Origin: an uncultured Gemmatimonadales bacterium | GTDB lineage: Bacteria > Gemmatimonadota > Gemmatimonadetes > Longimicrobiales > RSA9 | Length of the DNA stretch: 64,000 nt | Assembly: GCA_963798845.1 (NCBI GenBank) | Contig: CAWCUS010000002.1 | Span: forward strand, 64,001 to 128,000 | Reading direction: 5' to 3' | In this document: positions 37,446 to 49,632 of the stretch, one piece after another | Numbering within the stretch: the stretch's first letter is position 1 | Layout of the letters: each line of letters starts with the position of its first letter | The notes under the pieces: generated by a model | The model's database searches: none | Told to the model about the DNA's origin: nothing | What the model saw: the letters and a program-made list of their open reading frames with translations, nothing else | Program-made: the position numbers and the translations under genes

Positions 37446-38131
37446 GATCCGCCTCCCGCGTTGCCCTCGACCCGAGGTGCCGTATCGGGGACGGCCACAC
37501 CCACCGCACCGCCGAGCCGCCCCGCCACTCCGGCCTCGAGGTGGATCCCGCCATCCCGGAGCGCCCGTTCGGTGGACTGGTTCGTGGCCACGATCACGAC
37601 GTGGTGCCGTGCCCGCGCCTCCAGCGCACGGGTGAGCTCCCCCTTCGCATCGGGGGACAGATGCTCGTACGGCTCATCCAGCAGGAGCGGACCCTCCAGG
37701 CGGAGGAGCGCGTCCAGGACGAGCCGTTTCCGCTCCCCTGTGGACAGGCGGCCAACCCGCCGGCCGTCCGCGACGTCAGGCCAGAGCGGAGTCCGCCCCG
37801 TGTGGCCGACGAGCCGGATCATCAGGGAATCCCAGTCCCCCGCCTCCGCGCTGGCCGGCAGCGTCATCTCGGACTGGAAATAGCGCCACGCCCGCGGATC
37901 GGCCGGCGCCCGGCGCACGGTTCCACCGCGCGGCCGATCGAGTCCCGCCAGGACCCGAAGCAGGCTCGTCTTCCCTGCGCCGTTGGGGCCCACCACCCAG
38001 AAGATCCTGCCCGGGCCGATGTCGAACCCCAGCCCCTCAACTACCGGGTTCGGGCCCCGGCGCACCTCCAGTCCTTCCACCGTCAGTCGCGAGTTCCGGT
38101 GCGGGCGGGAGCTTGCAGGCATGGAAGCCAT
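37442..38131 (-). CDS. ABC transporter ATP-binding protein
   Basis: Walker A GPNGAGKT, signature LSTGERKR, Walker B LLLDEP. Start uncertain. Confidence 0.88.
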   Translation of the reverse strand: MASMPASSRPHRNSRLTVEGLEVRRGPNPVVEGLGFDIGPGRIFWVVGPNGAGKTSLLRVLAGLDRPRGGTVRRAPADPRAWRYFQSEMTLPASAEAGDWDSLMIRLVGHTGRTPLWPDVADGRRVGRLSTGERKRLVLDALLRLEGPLLLDEPYEHLSPDAKGELTRALEARARHHVVIVATNQSTERALRDGGIHLEAGVAGRLGGAVGVAVPDTAPRVEGNAGGGS

Positions 38132-39110
38132 CCTCGTCGTCTACAAGGAGAACGGTACGTTTGCGCGGGAGATAGGCCATCGCCGTGGCGGGCACGTCGG
38201 TGATGAACCCCTGGATGAACCGGAGCTGACGATCCAGGCGGAGGAGCGCCCGCTCGGGGCGGCTCCCCGTCAGCTGGTTCGTCCGGGTCATGACGTACAC
38301 CTCGTCCGAGCGCCGATCCAGGCTCATGGCGATGGCGGGCACCAGCATCTCGAGCATCTGAGCTTCCGTGACCGGCGCCGTGGGGATGAAGTCGATCCGG
38401 TCGCGCGTCGCGTCCGGCGTCGGCAGCGCCAGCTGGCGCACGCTGCCCCCGGGGTACAGGGCGAACGCGCGTGGCTCGAGGAACTGGTGCACCACGAGGG
38501 CGGTGCCATCCGAAAGCACCTCCACGAGAGCCGTGTTGCCCAGCGCAGCGACGACCATGTCGGTGTATGCGCGCTTCGGGATGTCCACGGGAGAAAGCGT
38601 ATCTCCGCGCCACCGCTCCAGGAGCGTGGGCGGGCTGGGGCCGAAGGGCATCGCAGTGACGAGGAAGCTGCCGTCGCCCGTCTCGGCGAGCGATGCGGGG
38701 GCGAAATCGAGGGGCGTGCTCCGAAGCTCCCGACCATCCAGCGACAGGAGCACCAGCCGGAGGTTGCCCCGTCCGGCGATCGCCACAGCGGTGTCACCCG
38801 CAGGGACGGCGCTCACGGGCTCCTCGACCGCGCCGGGCCCCGTCTCGACGTAGCTCACCTCCCACAGCCGACGGAGCTCGTCGTCGAACAGGGCCACGGT
38901 GCGCTGGGCTTCGTCCAGCACGGTCCAGGTGGAATCGGACACGCCCCGCATCTCGGCCACCGCGTACTCCCCGTCCACGTGCACGGGGCGACAGTCCAGG
39001 CGGGCGGCCCGCTTCAGGAAGCCATCCACGATCGTATAGCCGGGCCGCCCGGCGTCATGGCACCCGGGCAGCAGCATCAGCAGCAGAATGAGAAAGGTCG
39101 ACCGGCGCAT
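38037..39110 (-). CDS. Lipoprotein, probable beta-propeller (6-bladed-like)
   Basis: Lipobox LLPG-C after MRRSTFLILLLM; GPG motif and repeated beta-rich blades. Fold is inferred. Confidence 0.7.
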   Translation of the reverse strand: MRRSTFLILLLMLLPGCHDAGRPGYTIVDGFLKRAARLDCRPVHVDGEYAVAEMRGVSDSTWTVLDEAQRTVALFDDELRRLWEVSYVETGPGAVEEPVSAVPAGDTAVAIAGRGNLRLVLLSLDGRELRSTPLDFAPASLAETGDGSFLVTAMPFGPSPPTLLERWRGDTLSPVDIPKRAYTDMVVAALGNTALVEVLSDGTALVVHQFLEPRAFALYPGGSVRQLALPTPDATRDRIDFIPTAPVTEAQMLEMLVPAIAMSLDRRSDEVYVMTRTNQLTGSRPERALLRLDRQLRFIQGFITDVPATAMAYLPRKRTVLLVDDEDGFHACKLPPAPELATDGGRTGGAPGPEPGS

Positions 39111-39131
39111 GAAAGGCACCTCCGTGAGTAG

Positions 39132-39326
39132 CTAGACGCTCCGCCTCAGGCACCCGACGTAGCTGGCGAAGCAGCTGATGTCGGCCATTCTCTTCAGCAT
39201 CCCTGAGTAGTAGTACGAGTCGTTCAGACACCTCACGTACTCCGTCGTGCACTCGGCGGCCACGGGCCGCGGTACGGCGGTGATCGCCCCCGCGGAGAGG
39301 GCGAGCATCAGGATGATCTTGTTCAT
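39132..39326 (-). CDS. Small secreted peptide, CX6C-X18-CX6C
   Basis: GAGGAGG RBS; signal MNKIILMLALSAGAITAVPRPVAA, then 40-aa ECTTEYVRCLNDSYYYSGMLKRMADISCFASYVGCLRRSV. Confidence 0.82.
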   Translation of the reverse strand: MNKIILMLALSAGAITAVPRPVAAECTTEYVRCLNDSYYYSGMLKRMADISCFASYVGCLRRSV

Positions 39327-39510
39327 TGTTGCCTCCTCGGTTCGCGTTGGGCGCCGGCCGACCCTTCGCGACCGAGGGTGCTCCATGATAAGGGGCCCAT
39401 CCATAGCGGAACGGGACCCGCTCGCGCGAAGGCCAAACCTCCAGCCGCGCAGGGCCCCGGACGGCGCTCAGGTTGACGCGCCGCCCGTGCTTCCGCTAGC
39501 GTCCGACGTG

Positions 39511-41390
<1,880 letters not shown>

Positions 41391-41404
41391 TCGGCGGCGA
41401 GCCG

Positions 41405-41432
41405 GGCGGTGCCACATCGAAGTGGCACCGCC
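41405..41432 (+). terminator. Hairpin after thiC
   Basis: GGCGGTGCCAC-ATCGAA-GTGGCACCGCC perfect 11-bp stem; weak U-tract. Confidence 0.55.
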
Positions 41433-41543
41433 ATCACTATTTCAGGCCCCGGGTTGGCTGGCCAGGCCGTAACCACGCTATGGTAGGCGCATGCGCGTCC
41501 GGACTGTGGAAGGACGTGGGGTGCCCGCGGGAGAGCTGACGTC

Positions 41544-42881
41544 GTGAGCGCGGTGGACGGCAACGGCACGGCGGGCGGAGCGGCCTCGCCCGCCGGCGAG
41601 GCCGGCGAGGCCGCTCGGCAATCGGCGGCATCGGCCGTCCTGCGCGGCGAAGGTCGCGGGCCGTGGTACGCGCGGCTTCTGCCGTTCCTCGGGCCCGCGT
41701 TCGTCGCCTCGGTGGCGTACGTGGATCCGGGCAACTTCGCCACCAACATCCAGGCGGGCGCCACGTTCGGCTACACGCTGCTGTGGGTCATCGTGGCGAG
41801 CAACCTGGCGGCCATGCTGATCCAGACGCTGTCGGCCAAGCTCGGCATCGCCACGGGCTGCAACCTGGCAGAGGTCTGCCGCGACCACTACCCTCGCCCA
41901 GTGGTGTGGGGGATGTGGGTGGTCTCGGAGCTCGTCGCGATCGCCACGGACCTGGCCGAGTTCCTCGGCGCGGCCGTCGGCTTCAACCTGCTCTTCGGCA
42001 TCCCGCTGCTGCCGGCGGCGTTGCTCACGGGCGTCACCACCTTCCTGATCCTTGGGCTGCAGCGCTACGGGTTCCGCCCCATCGAAGCGGTGATCACCGC
42101 CATGGTGGGTGTCATAGCCCTCTCCTATCTCGTCGAGACGCTGCTGGAATGGCCGGACTGGAGCGCGCTCTTCGCCAGCGCGGTCACGCCCCGGTTCCAG
42201 GGCACGGAGAGCGTGCTGCTGGCGGTGGGGATTCTCGGGGCGACTGTGATGCCTCACGTCATCTTCCTGCACTCCTCGCTGACGCAGAACCGCATCCGCA
42301 CCACCAGCCCGGACCAGATGCGCCGGCTGTTCCGGTTTCAGCTCGTCAATGTCACGGTGGCCATGGGGCTGGCAGGCCTCATCAACGGTGCGATGCTGGT
42401 CATGGCGGCGGCCACCTTCCACCGCGCGGGGCTGACGCAGGTGGCTTCCATCGAGGAGGCGTACCGCACCCTCACGCCGCTGCTGGGCCCGCTGGCGAGC
42501 GTGGTGTTCGCCATATCGCTCCTGGCGTCGGGACTCTCGTCTTCGACGGTGGGCACCATGGCCGGGCAGGTGATCATGCAGGGGTTCCTGCACTGGCACG
42601 TGCCGATCTGGGTGCGGCGACTGGTGACCATGGCGCCGGCCATCGTCGTCATCGCGGCGGGGCTCGACCCGACCCGGACGCTGGTGATCAGCCAGGTCGT
42701 GCTGTCGTTCGGAATCCCCTTCGCGCTGGTCCCGCTGGTGCAGTTCACCAGGAGGGCCGAGCTGATGGGTGTGCTGGTGAATCGTCGCCCGACGACCGTC
42801 GTGACCTGGGTCATTGCCGCCGCCATCATCGCGCTGAACTTCTACCTTCTGTTCCAGATCTTCACGGGAGGCGGCCCATGA
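41544..42881 (+). CDS. mntH: NRAMP-family Mn2+/Fe2+ transporter
   Basis: AYVDPGNFATN, ATDLAEFLG, GATVMPHVIFLHS, SSTVGTMAGQ, SQVVLSF. Confidence 0.96.
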   Translation: MSAVDGNGTAGGAASPAGEAGEAARQSAASAVLRGEGRGPWYARLLPFLGPAFVASVAYVDPGNFATNIQAGATFGYTLLWVIVASNLAAMLIQTLSAKLGIATGCNLAEVCRDHYPRPVVWGMWVVSELVAIATDLAEFLGAAVGFNLLFGIPLLPAALLTGVTTFLILGLQRYGFRPIEAVITAMVGVIALSYLVETLLEWPDWSALFASAVTPRFQGTESVLLAVGILGATVMPHVIFLHSSLTQNRIRTTSPDQMRRLFRFQLVNVTVAMGLAGLINGAMLVMAAATFHRAGLTQVASIEEAYRTLTPLLGPLASVVFAISLLASGLSSSTVGTMAGQVIMQGFLHWHVPIWVRRLVTMAPAIVVIAAGLDPTRTLVISQVVLSFGIPFALVPLVQFTRRAELMGVLVNRRPTTVVTWVIAAAIIALNFYLLFQIFTGGGP

Positions 42882-43804
42882 CCGACACCGACGCCCTGGG
42901 CACCGCGCGCGTGGAGCGCATCCTGGTCCCGCTGGATGGCTCCGCGCTGGCCGAGGCCGTGCTCGTGCTCGCGGCCGAGCTGGCGACGCTGCTCGACGCG
43001 GAGCTCGCGCTGCTGCACGTGGTCGAGCGCGACGCGCCCACCCGGATCCACGGCGAGCCTCACCTGCACCGGTCCGGCGACGCGCTGCGCTATCTCGACG
43101 CCGCGGCCGAGAGCCTGCGCGGACGAGGCGCGCGCGTGGTGACCCACGTCCACGAGCCCGCCATCGGCGACGTCGCCGCGGCCATCGCGCAGCACGCCAC
43201 GGAGCTCGGCGCCGGCCTCATCCTGCTCTGCACCCACGGCTCCGGCGGGCTGCGGGACCTGCTGCTGGGGAGCATCGCGCAGCAGACGCTGCGGCTCGCG
43301 ACCACGCCGGTGCTGGTGGTGCGTCCGGGGGACCCTGCGCCGGTGCTGAGCTGCGAGCGCTGGATCGTCGCGCTGGACCCCGTCGTCCACGGCCCCGGTG
43401 CGCTGCCGCTGACGACCACGCTCGCGCGCACGTGCGGCGCACGGCTGCACCTCCTCACGGTCGTGCCCACCCGCGCGAGCCTGCCGCCCGAGCGCGGCGC
43501 TCCCGCCATCTTCTCCCCGTCCGCTACAGCCGACGTGCTCGAGATGGAGGCCGACGACGCGCGTCGCTACATGGAAACCCTGGTGGAGACGCTGCGCGCG
43601 GAGGGCATCGAGTCGATCGCCGAGGTACGGCGAGGCAGCGCCACGCACGAGACGCTGGACGTGGTCGCGCGCCAGCAGGTCGGCCTGCTGGTCATCGCCA
43701 CGCATGGCAAGGCCGGCGTGCCCGGCGTGCTCTCCGGCAGCTTCGCCGCCGCCGTGGTGCCGAGGGTCTCGGCGCCGGTGCTGCTGGTGCCGCTCCAGGA
43801 GTGA
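42878..43804 (+). CDS. Universal stress protein (tandem USP domains)
   Basis: RILVPLDGSALA, CTHGSGGLRDLLLGSIA, ATHGKAG; ATGA overlap with mntH. Confidence 0.9.
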   Translation: MTDTDALGTARVERILVPLDGSALAEAVLVLAAELATLLDAELALLHVVERDAPTRIHGEPHLHRSGDALRYLDAAAESLRGRGARVVTHVHEPAIGDVAAAIAQHATELGAGLILLCTHGSGGLRDLLLGSIAQQTLRLATTPVLVVRPGDPAPVLSCERWIVALDPVVHGPGALPLTTTLARTCGARLHLLTVVPTRASLPPERGAPAIFSPSATADVLEMEADDARRYMETLVETLRAEGIESIAEVRRGSATHETLDVVARQQVGLLVIATHGKAGVPGVLSGSFAAAVVPRVSAPVLLVPLQE

Positions 43805-44062
43805 GGCGTGTCCCCGGAAAGTGACCATGGCGCTGCCGAGCCTCGCCCACCGGTCGGGAACCGGCTCCAGGGCTCGGCGGTCGACCATCCGTTCGCGGGC
43901 GGCGCCAGCGTGTGGTCGGTGAGCGGGGCTGGGGGCCGGGTTCCGTCCCCGGGACCGTGAGAAGAGGACGAGGAGTCGATTTCCGGGTGCCGGCGGCGGT
44001 GGTAGGCGTGGAGGACTCGTCCGGTCGAGGGGCATGGGCGCCGGGCGCTCGACCCGCCGCGC

Positions 44063-44197
44063 GAGTCGGCGATTGCTGGCCGAGTCGGCGATTGCTGGCC
44101 GAGTCGGCGATTGCTGGCCGAGTCGGCGATTGCTGGCCGCGAGTCGGCGATTGCTGGCCGAGTCGGCGATTGCTGGCCGAGCCGGCGATTGCTGGCC
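44063..44197. repeat. 19-bp tandem repeat, 7 copies (GAGTCGGCGATTGCTGGCC)
   Basis: Seven near-identical head-to-tail copies, one GC insertion and one T>C change; no spacers. Confidence 0.95.
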
Positions 44198-44232
44198 GCG
44201 AGTCGCTGTCTCGCATTAGCTTCGAAGCCACC

Positions 44233-45156
44233 ATGTCTCCCGACGACGACCGCGACCAGGCAAACCGAGCGCCGAGGCCAGGGCCGACTCGAGAGCCCGG
44301 GCCAGCGCCGACCCCCGAGCCGACGCAGCCGCCGACGCCAGCGCCGGCGCCCGCGCCGACCTCCGAGCCGAGGGCAGCGCCGACCCCGGACCCGACGCAC
44401 CCGCCGACCCCGGCGCCGGCGCCCGCCCGAACGCTCAGCACCCAGCAACTCGAGGCGGTGATCCGCCGCGCCGTGGAGCTGGAGGCCGGGACCCCGGGAC
44501 GGGCGGACGACGGCGTCTCGGAGACGGACGTGGTGCGGATCGGCCGGGAGCTCGGCCTCGACGCCGCCACGGTCCGGCGCGCCATCGCCGAGGTCCGGAC
44601 CCGACCGCCCGAGGAGCACGGCGTCCTGGCCCGGACCATGGGACCCGGCACCGTCTCTTCGTCTCGCGAGATCGCGCGCTCCGCCCACGACACCGCCGCA
44701 CGTGTGGAGCGATACCTCCACGACACCGAGCTCATGATCAAGCAGCGGCGCTTCCCGGGGCGGGCCCGGTACGTCCGGGACTCGAGTCTCGGAGCGGGCA
44801 TGACCCGGGTGGTTCGGGAGCTCTCCCGCGGGCCGAAGCCGGTGAACCTGCAGCAAGTGGACGTCGCCGTCTCCCCCATCGACGACGAACGCTGTCTTCT
44901 GGAGGTCAGCAGCGACCTGAAGGGCGCCCGCGCGGGCCACGCGGCGGGGGCCCTCGGCGTCGGCGCTTCCCTCGCCTCCGGCCTGGCCGCGTTCATCTGG
45001 GCGACGCCCGTCGCCGACCCGCTCATGCTGCTCGGCATCCCGATCCTGGGCGGCGCGTGGGCGGGAATGCGAGCGATCTACGGCCTCTCGGTACGCTCGA
45101 CCCGGGAGCGGCTGGAGGCGCTCCTGGAGCGCGTGGAGTACGACGAGCTGGCGTAG
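44233..45156 (+). CDS. Hypothetical membrane protein with Pro/Thr-rich N-terminus
   Basis: PTPAP repeats, VIRRAVELE...IGRELGLD helical module, two C-terminal TMs. Confidence 0.75.
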   Translation: MSPDDDRDQANRAPRPGPTREPGPAPTPEPTQPPTPAPAPAPTSEPRAAPTPDPTHPPTPAPAPARTLSTQQLEAVIRRAVELEAGTPGRADDGVSETDVVRIGRELGLDAATVRRAIAEVRTRPPEEHGVLARTMGPGTVSSSREIARSAHDTAARVERYLHDTELMIKQRRFPGRARYVRDSSLGAGMTRVVRELSRGPKPVNLQQVDVAVSPIDDERCLLEVSSDLKGARAGHAAGALGVGASLASGLAAFIWATPVADPLMLLGIPILGGAWAGMRAIYGLSVRSTRERLEALLERVEYDELA

Positions 45157-45432
45157 GTGGCCGGTCCGCAGGAGCCGGCGCTGACCCGCAGGCGAGGGGT
45201 CGCGGTCCGGCCTAGCCACGAGGCCGTCGCCGCGGAGGCTGAACGGTCTCGTGATCCAGATGGGCGCTATGCCCGACGTCGCTCGACCAGCACGTGATCG
45301 TGGAGGAGACTGTCCCTGTCGAGTCGCAGGTGTCGGTTGGATTTGCCTCGCACGCACCCGCCGCGCACAGTTGTGCCGGAAGCTCGCCAGGACGCAAAGG
45401 CGGCAGGGCAGCCGCCCACACGGAGGCAACCC

Positions 45433-46140
45433 ATGATCGTTCGCCCCAGCACCGGCGCCGTCCACCTCATCACGCAGCCGGACCACGCGGCCCTCGCCCG
45501 CCGGATCATGGAGCACTGGCGGCCGCTGGGCGACGAGCCGCGCCGCGACGCGATCCTCCTTGCGGTCGGCGAGCACGACGCCGGCTGGCGCGAGCCCGAT
45601 GCGGATCCGCGAGTGGATGCGAATGGCCGCGTCGCCGATTTCGTTCACCTGGACCTCGACGCGCGTCAGGGGGTGTGGCCCCGCGGGGTCGCGCGGCTGC
45701 GCCAGGAACCCTGGTCGGCGGCACTGGTGGCCCACCACGCGGTCACCGTGTACGGGCGGTTCCGCGGCCATCCCGCCTGGGCGGCGTTCTTCCGCGGAAT
45801 GGAATCGGCGCGGGACCGGCACGTCGAGGAAGCCGGTGGCACCCTGAACGAGTTGAACCACGAGTACCGCTACCTGCGCATCGGTGACCTCATCTCCCTC
45901 GCCTTCTGCACCCGCCAGCAGGGCGAGGAACGGTTCGAGGAGTGGTCGGTCCGCCTGGTGGACGGACGCCGCGTGGTCGTGAGCCCGTACGAGCTGGACG
46001 GGCCCGAGCTGGACATCGCGGTGGACGCGGTGGAGCTGCGAACGACGTCGTTTCCGTCCTCCGACACCCTCCGCGAAGCGATCGGCGCGGCCCCGCGGGT
46101 CCGGCTGGAGGGGGTGGTGGGCCCCGCGCCGGCGACGTGA
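45433..46140 (+). CDS. DUF3891-like protein
   Basis: MIVR...ITQPDHAALA...HW...EHDAGW...DF...DLISLAFC; GGAGG RBS. Confidence 0.75.
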   Translation: MIVRPSTGAVHLITQPDHAALARRIMEHWRPLGDEPRRDAILLAVGEHDAGWREPDADPRVDANGRVADFVHLDLDARQGVWPRGVARLRQEPWSAALVAHHAVTVYGRFRGHPAWAAFFRGMESARDRHVEEAGGTLNELNHEYRYLRIGDLISLAFCTRQQGEERFEEWSVRLVDGRRVVVSPYELDGPELDIAVDAVELRTTSFPSSDTLREAIGAAPRVRLEGVVGPAPAT

Positions 46141-46363
46141 CACGCTTCAGAGGCCGGGCGTCGTCGGAGTCGAGAAACCCGAGCGCCCACCGGGACCGCT
46201 GAACCGACGCGCGGTGCTCTCCATGAACCGTTTCGGGCGACGCGGGCGTTGACACCGGACACGCGGGTGTGAATTAGTTGTAGCGCCTTCCGTACACCCG
46301 GCGGCGCCGATCCCGGCCGCCACATTCCACACTCCGATCCGCCGCAGGACCGAGGAGATTCCG

Positions 46364-49247
46364 ATGAGCCTCTCCGTTCGCCGCAAGGTTCTGGTCGTGC
46401 TCGCCGTGGTGATGGTGCTTCCGCTGGGGGTGGTGGCCGCGTCGAGGAACGCGCGGGTGGAAGTCGGCTCGCTGCGCGCGTGCGTCGGGCTGGGCAAGGC
46501 CGGCTTTCGGGCCATCGCCGAGGACCGCCGGGACCGGTTCCTCGGCAAGGTCCAGGCATACACGGCGCGCTGTCGTGGCGGGGAGCGTGGGGACGCGTAC
46601 CGCCCCACTCCGTGGGTGGACTGGACGAACTACTGGGGCACGGGCGACCGGACTTCGCTGTCGGGGCCCGGCCTGCTCGGCCACCTCGCGCGCAACGGGC
46701 GTGGCATCGACGGGGCGCTGCTGGACCTGGAGTACCAGCGCATGGAGCTCATCAAGTTCAACCTGTTCGACAACTACACGTTCGAAGAGTACGTGGACGG
46801 CCGGGGCGGCGTGCCAGGGCGGTCGTTGAAGGTGTGGCCGCAGATGCGGCTGCCAGCCGATGACGCGCACTACGCGGAGGTGGGCGGCGCGGGCGAGCAG
46901 CTTTGCGGCGGCGAGCTGATCCGCTACCGCAACGAGAGCGGCATCTGCAACGACATCCGCAACCCGCTCATGGGCTCCACGGGGACGCTGTTCGCCCGCA
47001 ACGTCCAGTTCGAGGAGACCTCCCCGGAGCTGGGCGCCACGCAGCTGGTGCGCAACCGCCACGGCGACCGGCTCGGGCTGCTGAAGCCGGACCCGCAGGT
47101 GATCAGCCGCGAGCTGTTCACCCGCCAGCAGAGCCACCCGGAGCGGTGTCGCGACGGGCTGGCCGCCGGCGCCGACGCGAGGTGCGACTACATCGAGGCT
47201 CCGTTCTTCAACGTGCTGGCGGCGTTCTGGATCCAGTTCATGACGCACGACTGGTTCGCGCACCTGGACGAGGGGCGCAACTCGCCTGAGCTGGCCCCGG
47301 TGGGGTGCAGCACGCGCCTGGAGGGCGGGGCGGAGCGGACACTGACGGCGGAGGAGATCGCCGCGCTCGGCTGCCGGCCCGGAGACCGCATGGACGCGGC
47401 GCTGATGGCAGACACCACGCCGCCGCCCACGTTCGAGCACGATGGCCGGACGCACCTGCGGCGGGCGCAGCGCACCACGCGCAACCTGAACACCGCCTGG
47501 TGGGACGCCTCGCAGCTGTACGGCTACAGCGATCGTTCCGTGCACCGGGTGAAGCGCGACCCGCGCGACCCGGCGAAGCTGCTCACGGTGCAAGTCGGTG
47601 GACGGGCGGGCGCGGGTGAGCGGCAGGGCTACCTGTCGGTTTTCGAGCCGGGCGACCCGATCCTGCCCGTCCTGGGCCGGGCAGGAAGCGGTAGCGTTTC
47701 CGGACAACTGGTCCATCGGGCTGAGCTTCTTCCACAACGTCTTCGCGCGCGAGCACAACAACTTCGTGGACGCGTTCCACAAGCGCGCGGCCGCGGATCC
47801 GGACGGTGATTCCGGACTGCGCGACCCGGCGGACCCGGAGCGCGTGATCCGTTACCGTGACGTCACGCCGGATGAGCTGTTCCAGGTGACGCGGCTGGTC
47901 GTCGCCGCGGAGATCGCGAAGATCCACACCATCGAGTGGACCACGCAGCTGCTCTACGACGAGCCGCTCTACCAGGCGATGAACGCCAACTGGCACGGGC
48001 TCGTGCGACCCGACAACGCGGTCTCTCGCGCGCTCGACCAGGTGGCAGTGGATCGGCTCGGCCGCTCGTTCAACGAGACGGACCAGACCCAGTGGTACTC
48101 CGTGTTCGCCTCCGGCGCCGGCATCACCGGGCTGGGCAGCCACCGCTACGCGGAGCGGCCCGGCTTCCTCGGCATCGTGCAGCACAGCAAGGACATCTGG
48201 GACCTGCGCAATCCCGACCACGTGAACGGCGGCACCAACCATTTCGGCTCGCCGTTCAACTTCCCGGAGGAGTTCGTCACCGTCTACCGGCTGCACCCGC
48301 TGGTGCCCGACCTGCTGGAGTACCGTGACCTGGAGCAGCCGAATCGCATCGAGCGGCGCGTGCCGGTGGCCTCCATGGTGCGCGCCAGCGCCACGCCGGC
48401 CATGCGCGAGGGAGGGCTGACCAGCTGGGCGCTCACCATGGGGCGGCAGCGGTTGGGCGCGCTGACGCTGAACAACCACCCGCTGTTCCTGCAGAACCTG
48501 CCCATGCCGCGTCTGAGCAGCGAGACCGGGAAGCTCGACATCCCCGCGCTGGACATCATCCGCGACCGCGAGCGAGGCGTGCCTCGCTTCAACGAGTTCC
48601 GCCGCCAGTATGGTCTGAAGACGCTGACCGGCTACGACGACTTCGTCGACCGGCACCTGAGCGCCGACTCCCCGGAACGGCAACGCCAGGTCGAGCTGGT
48701 GGACAGGCTGCGCCAGGTCTACGGGCAGCACCGCTGCGACGATTCGAAGGTGATCAGCGACGTGCAGCTCGTCGACGGCGAGCCCGTCACCGACTGCCTC
48801 GGGCATCCGGACGGGACCGTGGTGGACAACGTCGAGGACCTGGACGTGGTCGTGGGGTTCCTGGCGGAGTCCACGCGGCCGCACGGATTCGCCATCTCCG
48901 AGACGCAGTTCACCGTCTTCATCATCAACGCGTCCCGGCGCCTGTTCAGCGACCGCTTCTTCACCTCCAGCTTCCGGCCCGAGTTCTATACGAGCCTGGG
49001 GATCGAGTGGGTCGAGAACAACGGGCCCGACGGCAAGGTCTACGAAGCGGGGCGTCCCAACGGCCACCGGGACGAGGTCTCGCCGCTCAAGCGCGTGCTG
49101 CTGCGGGCCATGCCCGAGCTCTCCGGCGAGCTTTCGCACGTCGTGAACGCCTTCGATCCCTGGGCCCGGGACCGCGGCGCCTACTACACCCTCGACTGGA
49201 AGCCACGTTCGGGCGCCGAGTCCGATCCGGCGTTCCAGGGACCCTGA
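46364..49247 (+). pseudogene. Secreted peroxidase-cyclooxygenase family heme enzyme (alpha-dioxygenase-like), one frameshift near 47668
   Basis: Signal peptide; QFMTHDW and TAWWDASQLYG in the first frame; REHN, IAKIHTIEWT, EEFVTVYRLHPL, RDRERG in the second. Deleting one C in CTGCCCGTCC joins them. Confidence 0.85.
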
Positions 49248-49267
49248 TCGGGCGATCACGCCGGCCC

Positions 49268-49602
49268 GCCGCGGGCGCGGGCTCGCGCCCCGGAGCGTGC
49301 GCGGCCCGAACGGCGTGGCCCGGGGCGTGTGCGGCCGGGGCTCGCGCCCCAAAGCGTGCGCGGCCCGAACGGCGCGGCCCGGGGCCTGTGCGGCCGGGCG
49401 GCGCGGGCCGGGGCGTGTGCGGCCTGCCGGCGCGGGCCGGGGCGTGTGCGGACGGGCGGCGCGGGCCGGAGCGTGTGCGGCCCGCCGGCGTGGGCCGGGG
49501 CGTGTGCGGCCCGCCGGCGCGGGCCGGGGCGTGTGCGGACGGGCGGCGCGGGCCGGAGCGTGTGCGGACGGGCGGCGTGGGCCGGGGCGTGTGCGGCCGG
49601 CC
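49268..49602. repeat. Degenerate GC-rich tandem repeat (~27-nt unit, core GGGCCGGGGCGTGTGCGG)
   Basis: About 10 imperfect copies in the intergenic region after the peroxidase. Confidence 0.85.
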
Positions 49603-49632
49603 GAGTGACCCCTCGTCGCGGGGATCCGAGAC

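Noticed and set aside
41433..41543. yybP-ykoY Mn riboswitch or DtxR box upstream of mntH
   Set aside because: No recognisable conserved core or palindrome.
44063..44197. Possible CRISPR array
   Set aside because: Repeats are head-to-tail with no unique spacers, and there are no cas genes in the window.
46249..46280. Sigma70 promoter for the peroxidase (perfect TTGACA)
   Set aside because: No convincing -10 hexamer at 16-18 nt spacing.
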